Positions 22,301 through 37,300 of a DNA stretch of 64,000 nucleotides are shown here, piece by piece. Positions within the stretch are counted from its first letter, which is position 1. The number at the start of each line of letters is the position of its first letter. Below the pieces are notes generated by a model. It had not been told where the DNA came from, made no database searches, and saw only the letters and a program-made list of their open reading frames with translations. The position numbers and the translations under genes were made by a program. Source of the DNA: a virus. Location of the stretch: positions 6,814 to 70,813 of the IMG/VR virus record IMGVR_UViG_3300028415_000003; one strand, 5' to 3'.

Positions 22301-25300
22301 TTTGGCGAAGTCAATGAAGCGAATAAAGTTGATCCTGAATTATTAGATGCTGATAGAGAAGTTGCTAGTGGGAATACTGAATTATTTAATCGTTTAAGGA
22401 ATAAGCGTGGCAAAAGCATAGAAAATTTAACAGTGGAAGAACAGCTTGAGGTGCTTAATCAAATAATAGAAAAGCATCCTGTTTTTCTTGATGAGAAGAA
22501 AGAAGATCCAAGTACGCTTGAAAGCGTATTTAGAAAATACAAGGAAATGATGGATAACAAGGTTGCAGTTATGAATCCTGCATCTATGGAAAAACATCTT
22601 GAACAGATTAAAGCGGTCCTTACTACTTTGCGCAATCAGTTTGAAATGAATGTTGAACTGATGCAAAATGATATTGAAGCAAATGAAAATACAGCAGAGC
22701 ACTCACCGCTTCGTGATAAACCATATCAAAGGATAGATCAAGGAACCAGACCGGTCCTAAACAAAGAAGAATCAATTTCGGAAGGCGAATCTAACTATAC
22801 TCAGATTATAGAAAAAATTGATAACTATCTTAATACCGTAAAAGACGTAAAAGAATATGTAGCGCAAACAAAATCTTCTCGTGATTCTTACAAAGTAAAA
22901 GCTAAGTCTTTACACCTCGGGGCAAGAGTATTTGCTCTTAATGGATTTATGGAGATTGATTCAAAACTGAACATTAAAGAGCTTGATGATATTGAGAAAG
23001 TGCTTAACGAGCACAATGTCAAAACGATAAACGAACTTCTTTACCTTTTCTCTAAAAGCAAAAAAGAAAAGCAAGAAGAAATACAAGGAGCAATAACAAA
23101 AATTGAAAGACTTATTGTTCAGGCTGAAACTTTTCTTGAAGGAAAGATGGATAATGTGCTGAAAGAATTAGCGGAAGGCGCAACCACTTTTACTGCGCTT
23201 AAAGATTTTGTTTACGGATCGGCTATTTCGCCAAATGAAAACTCAGGGCTTTTAAGTGAATCAAATTTAGAAGTTGGAAAGAAAGACTTTAATTCAGAGA
23301 ATAAGAACACAGACCTTGGAGAGCTTTATCAATACATAATGATAAGCAAAGCATTGCAGATTAATCGCTTTGGAGGAAAAGATTTCTCAAAGGAGGATCT
23401 TTATGCTATATATCGTGACATGCTTTCAGAGAAAGAGCAAAAAGGATCTGATGAATTTGTTCCAAACTACGAGCAAGAGCAGGCCTTAATGGAAATCGTT
23501 TCTTTCTTGTTTGATCCGAAGTTTGATTCTTTTAAGAATTTCCTTAGTGAAGATGAACATGATACAATGATTAGAAACGGGCTTTATGTCCGTGGCTTTG
23601 CTGGCACGGGGAAGACAACTATTGTACTTAAAAATTCTATTCAACTTCTTAGTAAGTTAAAAGGCCGGGGAGTTAAAGTAACAATAGTATCTCCTAATCG
23701 TAACCTTCAATCAAATATCGATAAAGATCTTCAAGATGTTTCAGAGATTGAAACGTCGAATAACATTCTTCTTAGTGAATTTCTTGAAGGAAAGGCAAGT
23801 ATTGATCCAGATTCTGATATCGTTATTTTTGATGAAATAAGCGTTATTACAAGAGATCAATCTAATATCATCAAAGATAAACTTAACAATTCTCAAATAC
23901 CTTCATTATTTCTTGGGGATGATAACCAGGTTTCTGACTTATCATATACTGACGATCAAGGAGCTGTACTTACTCCAAAGATGCCAATCATGGAGAAAAC
24001 ACAGCGCACTATTCCAATGACTGAGGTTTATCGTTCAGGAGTTAGTGATCTTCATTATATACAGGATTATTATCGTAACCTTAGAACCACCGCTTCTGAA
24101 GGCGATCGCACCGATCTTCCAATAACTTCTTTTTCCGGAGAAGGAGCATCTATGAAAGGCGTTCGCTACATGGAAACTACTCAAGAAATTGAAGAGGCAT
24201 TCATGGATTACATGAAAAATAATCCAAATGCTCCTGTAACAGAAGTTATGCTAATTGTAAAAAATAAAGCTGAGCGTGACGAGTTTTTGAGGAAACATCC
24301 TGAATATGAAAACCATGTAAGAACAGTTGAATTTATTATTGGGAATGAAGAAAATGCGATATCAGGAATAGCTTCTAGGCATGTTTTCTTTGCTACCAAT
24401 CCAGTTGTTACAAGTACTCCAAATGGAATTGTCACAGAGTCTCGGATAGGGCTGACAGGGGTTAGTCGTGCGTCTGAATCTCTTGTCATGATAGGGAAAG
24501 TTTCAAAGTCTAAAAAAACTGATAAAGTTCCTGAAAGTGAGAGTATAAATACAGAAGAAATTTCAGAGATAAGACAGGAAGAAATCAGAAGACTTCATGA
24601 AATTACTTCTAAAAAAGCTCCCGGAAATAAAACGGACAACGAGGATAATGAAATAGATTCTAAATCAGACTTCCGATCAATTAATTTAACTGAAGATGGG
24701 AAGAATCAGGTAATCGTTGAATCGGAAGAAAAAATTAATGAGTTAAAAAACAAAGGAGTCAGTGCTTTAAAAGATCTTAATTCCGAAGATCCAACACTTA
24801 CTCATATTACTGAATCATTATTTGAAAAAACAGGTAATGAAAATGCCAATACCCGTTCGAGAAATTCTATGGTTAAGGCTGCATTGCTTTATAATTTCAA
24901 CTCAAGTGAAACAAACGAAAAAGCTTTCAGGGAAAGGATTCAAGAATACTTTGAAGCCACTGAAACAAAATATACAGAGGACGAACTTTTCAGTATTCTC
25001 TCTAATTCACTTTTTGCTTCTAAGGAAATTTTAGATATTCTTGATGAAGACCTAACATTGGTTAATCTTCCTTTTGTTTCCGGAGATAAAATTGCTATGC
25101 CGGCTATAGTTAAAATTGTAGGTTACAGCAACGGGCAGCCGGTGGTTGACGTGTACGATTTTAGAATAACAAGTGGAAAATCTATCACTAAACTGTCTGA
25201 ATACGATAAGAAAAAACTTGCTGCTTATGCAGATATTTTAAGAGCGAATGGCCTTAAAATAAATAACCTTAAAATATCAAATATTGTAGAGACATTTGAA

Positions 25301-28300
25301 AAGAAGGGTGATTCTGTTTCGCTTGAATATTTTTACGGTAAAACATTGAAGCTCGATTCGGAAGAAGCTATTAGCCTCATGTCATTTGAGAATGAAAATG
25401 AAGCGAATGAAACGTTTGTTGGGCAAGAAGAGTTTTTTGAAAACGAAAGATCTTTAACAGAGAACAAAGGATTTAAGCTTGGACAACTCATTCAGGATAA
25501 AGATTCTCTTATATTTCATAAACTTCACGGTATTACTTCAAAAAGAATTGAAGGAAAGATTGTTACTCAATACCATATTGAGACAGAGAATGGAAATATT
25601 AAGGCTGTCAACCAATCAGAATTTGAGAGTCAATATCAGGTTCCAAATACCGAAGATCCTGTAACGCGTTTTAAAACCACTGCTGAAGACTTTGAAAATG
25701 GAGTGGACACAAATACCACAAATACCTTTTTCGTTACTGATGCTGAAGCTGTGAAGATTCTCGGGGAGAATTCGAGCTCAGTTCCAGTAGAAGATTTTTA
25801 TAACCCTGATAAGAATGTTGTCTATGCAAGGAAAATGTTACTTGTTAAATACTTTTACCCTGGAGTTAGAGTAACAAAAGAATACCGTGATGGTGGCAAG
25901 GTGTTCGGAATGAAGAATGGTCAAATGGTACGATTTGAATATGACGGCAAAATAGCCATTAATCGTATGTCTGAAAAAGACATTGATAAAGCTTTAGATT
26001 TATTAAATTCTTATGGAGAAGAAATAACAAAGCAGGAATTCATTGATCAGGGATTGGATATTGTTTCGGCAGATTTTGAGCCTGAGTTTAATTTTGGTGC
26101 TGTTGATAAAACCAATACTGAAGGAAAGGTACGATCAATTCAGCCTAAAGCATACAACACTTACATGGAAGAAACAGACGATTCAAAGGCAGAAGCCCTT
26201 TTGGATAAAATGTTTGAAAATGCTTTTGACAATGATGATAATTTGGCAACCAGAGAAGCACTGATTGAAATGAATAAAGAGCGTATGCGAAGACTACGTT
26301 CAGAAGAAAAGGTTGAATCTGTTGTTAATTCTGTTGAGCCCGGAAAAATAATTCGTGTATTTGATGATTTTATTCCTATTAAGAACCTGATTGATAAACT
26401 TGTCAAAAAAAGGCAGGTTATTGAAGCGAAAGATCAAGATAATATGTATGTCATTTCTGAATCTAAAAGACAGAAAAACGGCAAATGGCGTAATACAATT
26501 ACAATTAAGCTTGATGGTGTTGGGGAGTTAACTTTTCTTATTGATCGGAAAATTGTTAAAAACAATAAAGACCTTGATTATTTCCTTCAGGATTTATCTG
26601 AGGTAGAAGATTTGATTAAAGCATATGAAGAAAATTTTAAGGATCTTTCTAATAAAGAAAAGGCTGATTTATTCAAAGAGGTTGAAGAATCCGTTTTATT
26701 CCGTTTTGTGAAAACCAATGCTAATATACTGAATAATTATAAAGATCAGTTACCATTAAGGTTTAACGATAAAGGAGTTAGCATAAAAGGAAGTACTCCA
26801 CTTCAAAAGATTAAATCTCTTAAAAGTATTGCGAAATTTATTTCTTCAGCAATAGCTAATAACAGTATTGATCAGTATTTCCGTTATCCTGCAAAAAATA
26901 AGAGTGGTAAAATTGATATAGCACATTTTGAATCTATTGTTCATGATGTTACGCAACCAAACTTAAATCTTGAGTTTAATCGTATAAGCAAAAGTGCTCC
27001 AAAAGAACAAGAAACAAAAAAGCATGAGCCCGTTAAGCCAGAAAGCATATCATCATTAGATCTTAGTAGCAGAACAAGTCTTACGATTGATGATATTAAT
27101 AACAATTCTGTTGAAGATATTGTAAGTGCTTTTGAAACTATTGGAGCCACAATAGATGAATTCGAAGCTGAAATTCTTTCTGAGGCCAAAAAGGGTGATG
27201 CAGATATGAATGAGATTCTTGAAGCATTAAATCAAAAACTAAGCGATGATGAAGAGTATCCTAAGTTAGTATCAACAGAGAATAAGCTTTCTTTTGTTTC
27301 TCTTGAAAAAGCCAGGGAAACACTCAGAAGTATTATTGGTGATTTAACCGATACAAATGTCTTTTTCCATAATGGATATTTGTATACTAAAGATGGTCAG
27401 CGTGCACTTGGCCTTACCCGTGATGCATTAATAAAGCTTGCTATGCTGGATGGGAAAACATCTTCTCAAACAGTTCGACATGAAGCAATGCACTTCATCA
27501 TTAATAATATGGTGAAGCCCGGACAACGTAAAAAAATATTAGAAACAGCACGTAAAGAAATGGAGGATAACGGAGAAAAAATAAATTCCGAAAGCGATAT
27601 CCATGAATATATTTCAAAGCTTTATGAGAACTCCGAAAACATAAAATTTAAAAATCTACTTCAAAGATTCATTATGTGGTTAAAGAAAGTAGCTAATCAA
27701 TTCGGAGCATATCATTACACTTTTGACGAAATTTTATATCTCGCAGATCAGGGATATTTTAAAGATCGTCATGCATTATCATCTAACGAAAACACCTTTT
27801 ACAAAGTTGAAAATGAGCATAATAGCGAGGAAAGTATTAAGTATCTTGAATCAAGAATAGGTGATGTTCAGCTTGTGGATTGGGTGAAGAACAATATTTT
27901 TATACCTGAATTTATTGAGCAATCACCATTTGGCAGAGGCTTAAACGAAAACAAAACAGTTGGAGAAGCTCTTCTTGCTCTTTATAACAAGTACGATAGT
28001 ATTGATGAGAAAACTCGTGAAAAACTTAGCAGGGTACTGGATAGAGACGGAAGCTTAAACTTTGAGAAAATCAAGAGAATGTTTAATACTCCATTAGGAA
28101 GGAAATATTTGAAAAGAGATATTTACCCTGTATTACTCAGTGACAAAAAGATTTTTGCTTCAATGACACAAATTGCTTTAGGTCGCGTAAACTTAAATGC
28201 GCTTGTGGATTTCAAGAGAAAAAAAGCCTTGGATAGTGAAAGTGTTAGTGGAGCTTCAGGACAAAAACTTGTAGAAGCTGAAAGCTTTGATCCTAACCTT

Positions 28301-31300
28301 TCACGTTCTGAGTTTCAGAAAATGTTACTGCAATCTATTCCTATATACGATGAAGGCAAAAAGGCTAAAGTTGAATACAATGGGAATATAGTTTATTATG
28401 CAAATCCAAATACAATGGATCATATCCTTATCGATGCAGCTAATAGATTGAAGCAGATGGGTAAACGGCATTTTACAGATCAGGAGTTTTTTGATATGCT
28501 TGAAAAGATGAAGAATGAAACAGATAAATCAAAATATAAAACACTGATTTATTCTTTCATGTCGACATTTGGAAATAAAAAATTTGCAGACTCAGAAGGG
28601 AATGCAGACCTTAATTTCAGAATGCAGAATAACGGATATCAAGCCTTGGCAGAAGACGAGCAAGTTTCATTAGAAAAAAGAAAGCGTTACAGGGATATTG
28701 TTTCCGGATTCATATCATATTATAGTTCACTCGGTAATGTGTCTTTAGCTTTAGTTAACCTAACAGAAAAACAATCCTGGGAAGTTAAATCTTCAGCTGA
28801 TGACAAAGTGATGAAAGCATATATTCGGGAATCCATGAAAACACATTTCATTGGACAAGGAGGATTCCTTAATAAGGATGTTTCTGAAGTATTTGATTCA
28901 GCAAACCAAAAAAATTTAAGTGTCACAAAAGAAGGAATTTTCTTTAACGGAAAGCTGTACATCAAAGGAGATATAAAAAAGCAATCTCCAATGGCCATTT
29001 CAATAATTCTTAACAACCTTAAGCTTAATAAGAAGGGGATTTTTACTCAAAGAATCATTGAAGAATTAAACAAAGAAGTTATAGGCCAATCCAGTGAGAA
29101 AGGTAATAAGAATTGGTCTATGTCTCTTGGGCAATACCTTCATGCTATTACTGCAGGATTACAAGCAAGAGTCATTGTGGACAAAGAATACACAAAGCAT
29201 TTTGATAATGGTGGTAAAGCACGCGATTTGAAATTTTCAAAAGAAACAAAAGCCGCTCTTGATTTAGCAAAAAGCCTTTATCAAAAAGCAAGTATTCAGT
29301 GGGATAGTGTTGAACAAAACACTAACCGGACGAGTGAACGTTCTGGTGTTCCTGATCTTCCAAGTCCTGCAGATTTCTATATGTATTATGAGTATATAGG
29401 CAACTTGATGAAGCAATACAATGCTGATATTGGTACGCGTATGATTGTTAACTCAGAAGGGAATTTTGAGTATTCACATCCACTTTCAAGCAATCTTTAT
29501 GATGCAGCTATGGGCGGTTCTAGAAGCTTAATAGCTCATGTGTCGGATCTCAGTAAAAAAGATTATGTGTCGAATCTCCCTAGAAAAATTAAGAATGAAA
29601 ATATAGATCCTGTTTCTCCGATAATCGGAAATAATGGGTATAACAATCCTATTCTTGCGAATGTAATTTCGGTTGATCCAATTCAAAAGTTTGATGGAAT
29701 TAAAACCTTCCTTCGTTCAGGTGGCATAGATAAAATGACAGATAAAGATTTTGCTAAAGTAATTATTGAAGAACTTACTTATAAGCAAATCATTAAAGGC
29801 GGTAATGAAAGCGTACTTCCTTCGCTGTATGGCACGCTTGCAGACAAAAAGAATAGGTCAGTATTTAACGTTGTTAGCGAAAGAAACCCTATCTTCTTTA
29901 AGTCGTTTGCTGAAGGATATGATTTCCTTGAAGAGCTTGGTGTAAATTACACTGGCCTTGCAAATTCAATCGATCTCTTTGTAAACTATTACGAGAAAAC
30001 AAACAATCTTGCCTTGGGCAGATGGAACAATGTTCTAGGTAAAAATTTCAAATCAACAGAATCATTACAGAAATATATCGAGGAAGGATTGTCAGCAGCA
30101 GAGACAAAAGTAATTATCAATCAACTCACAGAAAAAAAGGATTATTTTGAAAAATTTAATCCTGAAACTCGAACTATTAAGATTACAGGCCTTGGCAACT
30201 CTATAATTACAGAGGATTCCAATATTATTTATAAGCCTTCTTTTATTGCTGAATGGAGAAAAACTAATACAATAAAAGATCTAATCAAACGAGGTAGGAA
30301 GCAACAGGAACTTCTTGAAAAAGCTACGCTTGAAAGTCGTCAGCAATTTGCAGAATGGATTGCTGATTCAGGTTATAAAATGACTTCTAAAATGACCGAT
30401 CTTTTTAAGCAGTTTGGTTATAATATGGAGTCAGGAGAACAAATTTCTGATATGATTGAAAAACATATTGAGGAACTTAGAGAAAAGGAGAAAAAACGAA
30501 AAGAAATTGGCTATAAAATAGGAGAGCGTAAAAAGATTGAAGCAGAGATTGACAAACTTAGAGGAACCGAAAAGAAAGAGGCCTTAAAAGAAGCAGAAGA
30601 AAATCTTGAACAATTTGATCAGCAATTTAAGAATCTTAACGAAATGTATGGAACGCTTAAAAAGGAAATAAAAGCTATCCAGCAAAAGCATACTAAAGAA
30701 TCACGCAAGATTCGCAAACAAATAATTGAGAACAAATACCAATCTGAAGGTAATCAGATACACCCATTGATTGATATTGCTTTTTGGAATTTCCATGTAT
30801 TAAATGAATCAATGGATCAAATTGTGCGTGGTTCTCAAACAAATTATGCAAATTTAACAGATTTTATTAAGAGAGGTTCTAGTCTTACTGGTCCTGGTAC
30901 CCATGTCGACACTTCAAGAAAAGATGGTGTTGGTAAAACAGCAAACACGCTTATTCTACGTGATATTCCTGGATTGCAAAAGCAATTCAGTGAAAAATTT
31001 GAAGAGGAACTGCATACAGATGGCCTTTCTATTGTCAACCCTATTTGGGCTGAAATGCTAAAACGAAGTGCCGGGCAAGAATTTGGTAATGTCCATAACG
31101 GAATGCTTAAGCCAATGATTTTTGATTACAATCCTGTTACAGATGATTTGATATATGCTAAGCTTTCTCAAATGCCTATCAATAACCGTCAATTCAGAAA
31201 CAATAAGATATTCAAACAAATGTTTGAAATGATGGTTGGCGAAGAGTTAATGCCTTACTTCATGGAAGAATACGAGAATAACGGGCAAGATATCCGGAAA

Positions 31301-34300
31301 GCTTCAACAGCATTAATTGACAGGGCAGCCAATGATACAGATATAAGAAAGTTAATTGATGATCAGATGGTTGGTTATATTTTGTTTGAATCTGCTGTAA
31401 AATCAGGGAAAAGAAAAATAATAGATTTTGATGTGCCTATAGGAGAAATGCTAACACTTCAAAATGTATCAATAAATAAAAGCTTAAACAATGAAAAGAA
31501 CAGGATTAAGATAAATAATGACGCTTATAAAATTCAGACTGTTACAAAGCAAGATGTGATTGAAGCTGAAAAAGTTATCCCTACTCAGATTCTTAGTGTT
31601 ATCGGTGGCTTAGATAACGAAACAAATGAGACAATTGTAAAGGAAGTAAACCATGGATTAGCCGGTACTGCAAATATTATTCGAGAGAAACTTGTTTCTA
31701 TGAGTTCAGGCAAAAGCATAGAGTACATGAAAGAGTTGTTGCATTATACTGCAATGAAGCGTGGAGATACAGGAAAAGCAGGGCGGGTATCTGCATGGGC
31801 AAGTCCTGATGTTTCAAGAAATAAAGCTATTGCTGCTTTTCTTACCGCAGTGAATAAATATATAAAACCAAATATGGCCGGACAGTCTTTTGTTCAAGCT
31901 CCGGACCTTGGTAATATGTATTTTGATAAAGACGGGAATGCATACTTGCCTTCTGATCTTGATCTTGATGATGATTCTCAAAATGTTGATGGTAAAGTAA
32001 GGCGGCCATTAAAGCCAATACTTTTTATAGTAGAAGGCAAAGAAACAAAAACTGACGGCACTTTATTCACAAAAGAAGAGCTTATTGAAGCTCAAAAGGC
32101 AGGGAAAAAAGTTGAGATTAAACCTGCTGAAGTGATTGCTCCTTTTGGCTACATGAAAGTATTCGGAATTACTCGTAACACTACGCTTCGTGATGTTATG
32201 AGTGTAGTCATAAATGGCAAGGAAGTGAAATTTGATAATGCAAATCCTGAATATAAAGACGTTCAGAATAAAGTCAATAAAGCTTTTGAAGGAATGGAAC
32301 TGGACGGCATACTTGATTCCTTCCATCCTGATATCAGAACAGAAATTATCAGAAGGTTTACACAGTCTATTCGTGTTAATGATAAATATGATCTGCTTGA
32401 TACTATTCAAGAAAGCAATCCGAAACTATACAAAGAAATCGATAAGCAATTAAAAACTCTTGATGAAGAAGGAATTCCTGGAGAAGGTAGCAAGGCTTTT
32501 GGTTTAATGATGAACGTGATATCCAATTATTATTATAACCTGAATAAAGCTTTAAACGTATTTGGGGTCCGTATTCCTACGACCAACGCATCTTCAGGGT
32601 GGGTCGGTCGTATTGTAGCTTTTGACTATGAAAGCGAAAATACAGTATATACTTCTGCAGAAAAGAACATTCTTGACGGTTCTGATTACGATATTGACCA
32701 AGTTTCTATGTATTTCCTTTCTCTTGATGAATGGGGAAATGAAATAACTCCTGATTCAGTCATTAAAGAAAGAATGAAGGCTGAGAAAAAAGCACATAAA
32801 GAAACAGGTAAACTAAAAGAGAAAGCAGAAGATCCGAATTCAATTGATGAAATAGATGCAGATTATTCAAAGGCAGAAAAATTTGATACTAAATATAATG
32901 GGAATATGATATTCACTGCTTTGCAAAAGTTTTATCGTGAGTCCGGAAATATCGAAATGATTCTTGAAGAAATTAATCTTGATAGTTTCCGTGATAAAGC
33001 GGACCTTGTTCCTCAGGAATGGCAGGAATTTGTTTCTGATATTAGTTCTAACATGAAAGCTTCAGAGATTAATCTCTCAGGGCAAAAGCTTGTAGGGCAC
33101 TTTCAAAACCTTGAAAAGTTTACGCTTAAATTGTTAGCAATTCCAAAAGCCACAAGGGATCAAATATTGCCTCCTGAAAAGTTTAAAATGTTTTCAGGTA
33201 ATAAGGCTATTTCTGAGCAGATCGCTTTTGTTGCAAAGCTTATTAATGCCGCTACCGATAACGCCAAAGAAGGTGGACTTCTCGGTAGACTGAATATTAC
33301 AGAATCAACTTCACCTATTGTGAATGGAATGGTGATGGCCGGTCTTTCAGAAAAAGAAATACTAGATATTTTACAGAATGAAACAATTTTAAATGCTTCT
33401 AAAAAGAGCATGACATCTAAGTCTATTACCGGGTATAATGATAATGGAGTTCCTGAAAACGCACAATATAAAATAATTCCTATATGGGAAGCCATAAGTG
33501 AATATATATCAGGAGATTATTTTGATACTCCCACACACCAAATAAAAGATGAAAAAGATCGCTTTCTCGTTCAAATTCGTGAGTATGCATATATGGGAGA
33601 GCAATTGCGGAGATTTGGAAACATTACTAATATTCAACAGGAGATTAGTATTGAAAATTCTAAGCGAAATAATGTAATCAATAGTATTAATGAAGCCATT
33701 GGAACCACTGATGCAGATGAATATATTCAGCGCAGGCTTGCAGGAGAATCTACAACTGGAATTATGAATATTCCTACTGACGGGCATGAGTCAAATATTA
33801 GAAAACAATTTAATATTGGTGATGCAATGATGGAAAACGAAATGCTTTATACACATGTAAGAACACTTGCTCAGGTACAAAAAACAATTAATGAATCTAT
33901 TACTACAGATAAGGTTATTAATAAAGCCAAAGGAACAATTGAAAAACGTCTTGGGCAAAGCATTAATATTCCTGTTGTTTATGAAACGATAGAACGTGGT
34001 ATTGAAGATTATATTGTCGGCCAGTTTATTGCTGATAATTTTAAAGAAGTAACGGTTGGAGATCAGGCTTATGACTTATCGTTAGCAAAAAATAGGGTAA
34101 GATTTAGTATGGATTTCCCTTTATTTATTGAGGAATATACTTTTAACTGGTATAAAAATGCACCAAAAGGGAAGAAGAATAATACTTTCTTGAGAAGGGT
34201 TAAGCAGCGTAGTACAAAGTCCGGCTACCTTTATCTTGATTTTTCTTCATCTAATGATGTGAACGATACCCATAAAAAACTGTACCGAGATCATTTTGAG

Positions 34301-37300
34301 ATAATTGATGAAAGTGTTAAAAATGCTTTTAGAGCGTATCAGTTATTAATGAATGGGTTCCGTTATAAGAATGGGTCTATGATTGATTTTACGGATGAAA
34401 AAGCAGAACGCCAATACACAAATTGGATTCAATCTTTTGATCCGGAAAAGATAAATGAAAACGATCTTGCTGAGCAGGTTATTCTTCGCAATAAGGAACT
34501 TGTTCATTATGCAGCGGACACCGAAAAACTTATGAAAAAGTTGAAAAAGAATGATATCATTACGTCATTGATTTATTATACGCCAAAAAAGGCATCTTTC
34601 AACCCACACATTTATAAGTTTGATATTAAAAAAGGAACTAAAGAGTATCTTAACAGTCCTTATCCTACATTGATAAACACGTATTCTGCTAAATCTGAAA
34701 CAACAAATCTGCCTGTTATTGACGCTCTTTCCAGCAAGGAAATGAGAACGTTTAAGAATAATGATTCTGTTATAATCAAATCATATTTTCCTATAGTTGT
34801 ATGGCACCAAAAAAACAACGACTACCCTTACTCATTATCAAACAAGGATCAAGCTGTGCTTCAAGATGGAACTGTTGGAAATGTGGAAATTGTCGGTCCT
34901 AAACATAAAAAAGACAATCTAACAAATACAAGTATAATAAAATTCACTAAGGCAAATAAGCCTCAAGCTTCAAGGATATCTAAAAATCAAAGTAAAGCTT
35001 CATACTATGTTTTAAAGTCATTCATGGATAAGTTACAAAAAGCTTTTCCAAATATCCGCATTAATTATGTGAATAACATTACGAGCAAACATCCTGAATT
35101 GATAGGGTATTTTGAGAACGGACAGGTCTTTTTCAATACAGATAAATTGCAGCTTGACACGCCTATTCACGAGATTACTCACGTGTTCATTGACATACTT
35201 GAAAGTGCAAATCATGAACTGTATCGTGCTCTTGAAAATGAAGCTATAACTTTAATTGAAAGTAATCATGAGGTCGTTCAGGAAATCCTTAAAGAATATG
35301 CAGATATTTCAAAAGTGGATCTTGTTAAGGAAGTTATTGCAACTATGGCCGGATGGAATAGCCAGGAAGCCGTCAGAAATCTTTTAGACAAGACTCCGGG
35401 CATGAACTCTGATCAAAAAGCAAGTACGCTATATGGCAAAATTTCGGCCCTTGTCAATCGTTTTTATACATGGTTGAAGAATGCGGTTTATGGCGCGTTA
35501 GGTGTTCAGCAAATAAACAGTAGAACATTAAAGGATTTCGATTTTAAAAATGCTACTATTAAATCATTCGCTGAAATGATGGTTAATGCTGTTAATAACG
35601 GACAGGTTCTATCGTATGTGTCCTCAAAGCAAATGAGTAATATAGCCAAGGCTGACGTTTATGCTTCAAAAATTAAAACGATTTATGATGTAAAGAAGAT
35701 GGCCAAGGTGCTTACGAACCCAAGTGACAGGTTTGATTTCGAGGAAATGTCAACTGATGCTAAGGTCGATTATGTTTACAATCTTATTGATACTAATACA
35801 GGTAAAATCGGGGCTGGTCTAACTGGAACAGAATATAATTTCAAAGGAATGACAGTAGATGAAATCAAATCTACTATTCGTAAAAAGGTTATTACTGAAT
35901 ACGAAACTCGTGATAATAAATTTAAAGCGAAAATAAGTAACTGGATTAATGAACATGAAGCTTCTGTGCATGATTCTATAGAAACTTTTGGAAAAACTAG
36001 TAACGATATTCCTATTTATAAGGTTCCTATTCTCAAAAAGTTTAAAAAGCAGATTGAATATGCTTCATTTAAAGAGTTTGGAAGAGTTTCTGAGCTTGAA
36101 AAAATGGAAGGTGGAGAAGAGATTGCGAAGCATTTGTCAAAAAGTATCCGAAGTTTCGATCCCCATATTTCAATAGAGAAAACGTCTGACGGTTCAATTT
36201 ACGTGTCGCTTTATGATATTACCATGGACAATATCGACAGGCCGGATATAGAAAATGAGCTTGGCAATATTGCTTCTCGATTTTTAACGGATAGAGAAGC
36301 TAAAAAAATGGGTCTGTCTATGACAAATAACCCAGGTGATGTTCGTCAGCTAATGCTTGTTTTAATGGCAAACAAACTAATGAATGCTAATCCTAATATT
36401 AAGATTAAGGAGGCAGGAGTTATCAGTCTTAAGCCTTCAGGTAGCCAAATGAAAATGATTGATTTTTTAAAGGTTAATAAGAACATTAGTGTATTGTCTC
36501 AAATAGATGATTTTATAAATAGTTTGAGTCCGGAATTAAAAGAATTGTTTAAGCAGGAATTAAAAATTCCAAAAGTAGATTATGAAAAGCTTCTAAATAA
36601 TTTTTATGAAAATGCAGCCGATAACTCGTTCCCTAAATATATAAAAATGCTATTTCAGAATCCTGAAAATTATACTGTTATACAGAAAAAGAACCTGTTA
36701 ATGGCAAGACTCAGATATGCGCTTGAAAATAATGACGAAACAAATAATTATCGTCAGGAAATTAATCTGCTTACGCAGACGTTACTTGATCTTAAGACGG
36801 TAAATGTGGTTGACACTGAAATGAATAGTGAGGATATGTCACTGCTTAGTGATATTGATAAATTCATTCAACCCGGACAATATATTGCCAATGATATCAT
36901 TCAGGCTTTACGTGAAATAACCCTGGACACTTCCAATAAAATTGTTGAAGAAGTTCAGGAATTTCAATCTGAATTTAAGCCTATTCAAAAATGGTTTGAG
37001 AGTAGAAATAGTGGTATTTCAATAGGTTTTGGAGATAAGTCTCACAGGTTTTTCAAAGATTTATTTGTAAAACGTGACATTGACGGTTCTGGAAACGAAG
37101 TTTTTACTGGTGAAATATTCTGGACTACTGATGAAACAAAAGATCCTGTTAACGCAAAAAAAGCAAAAGAACTTGGTCTTTCTGCAGAACTATTGGAACA
37201 GGGAGAAAAACTTGTGAATATGATTACGGATCAATATATCGACCTTGTTTATCATTATCATGAAATGCAAGGATATATGAAAAATCTTAAAACTGGTAAG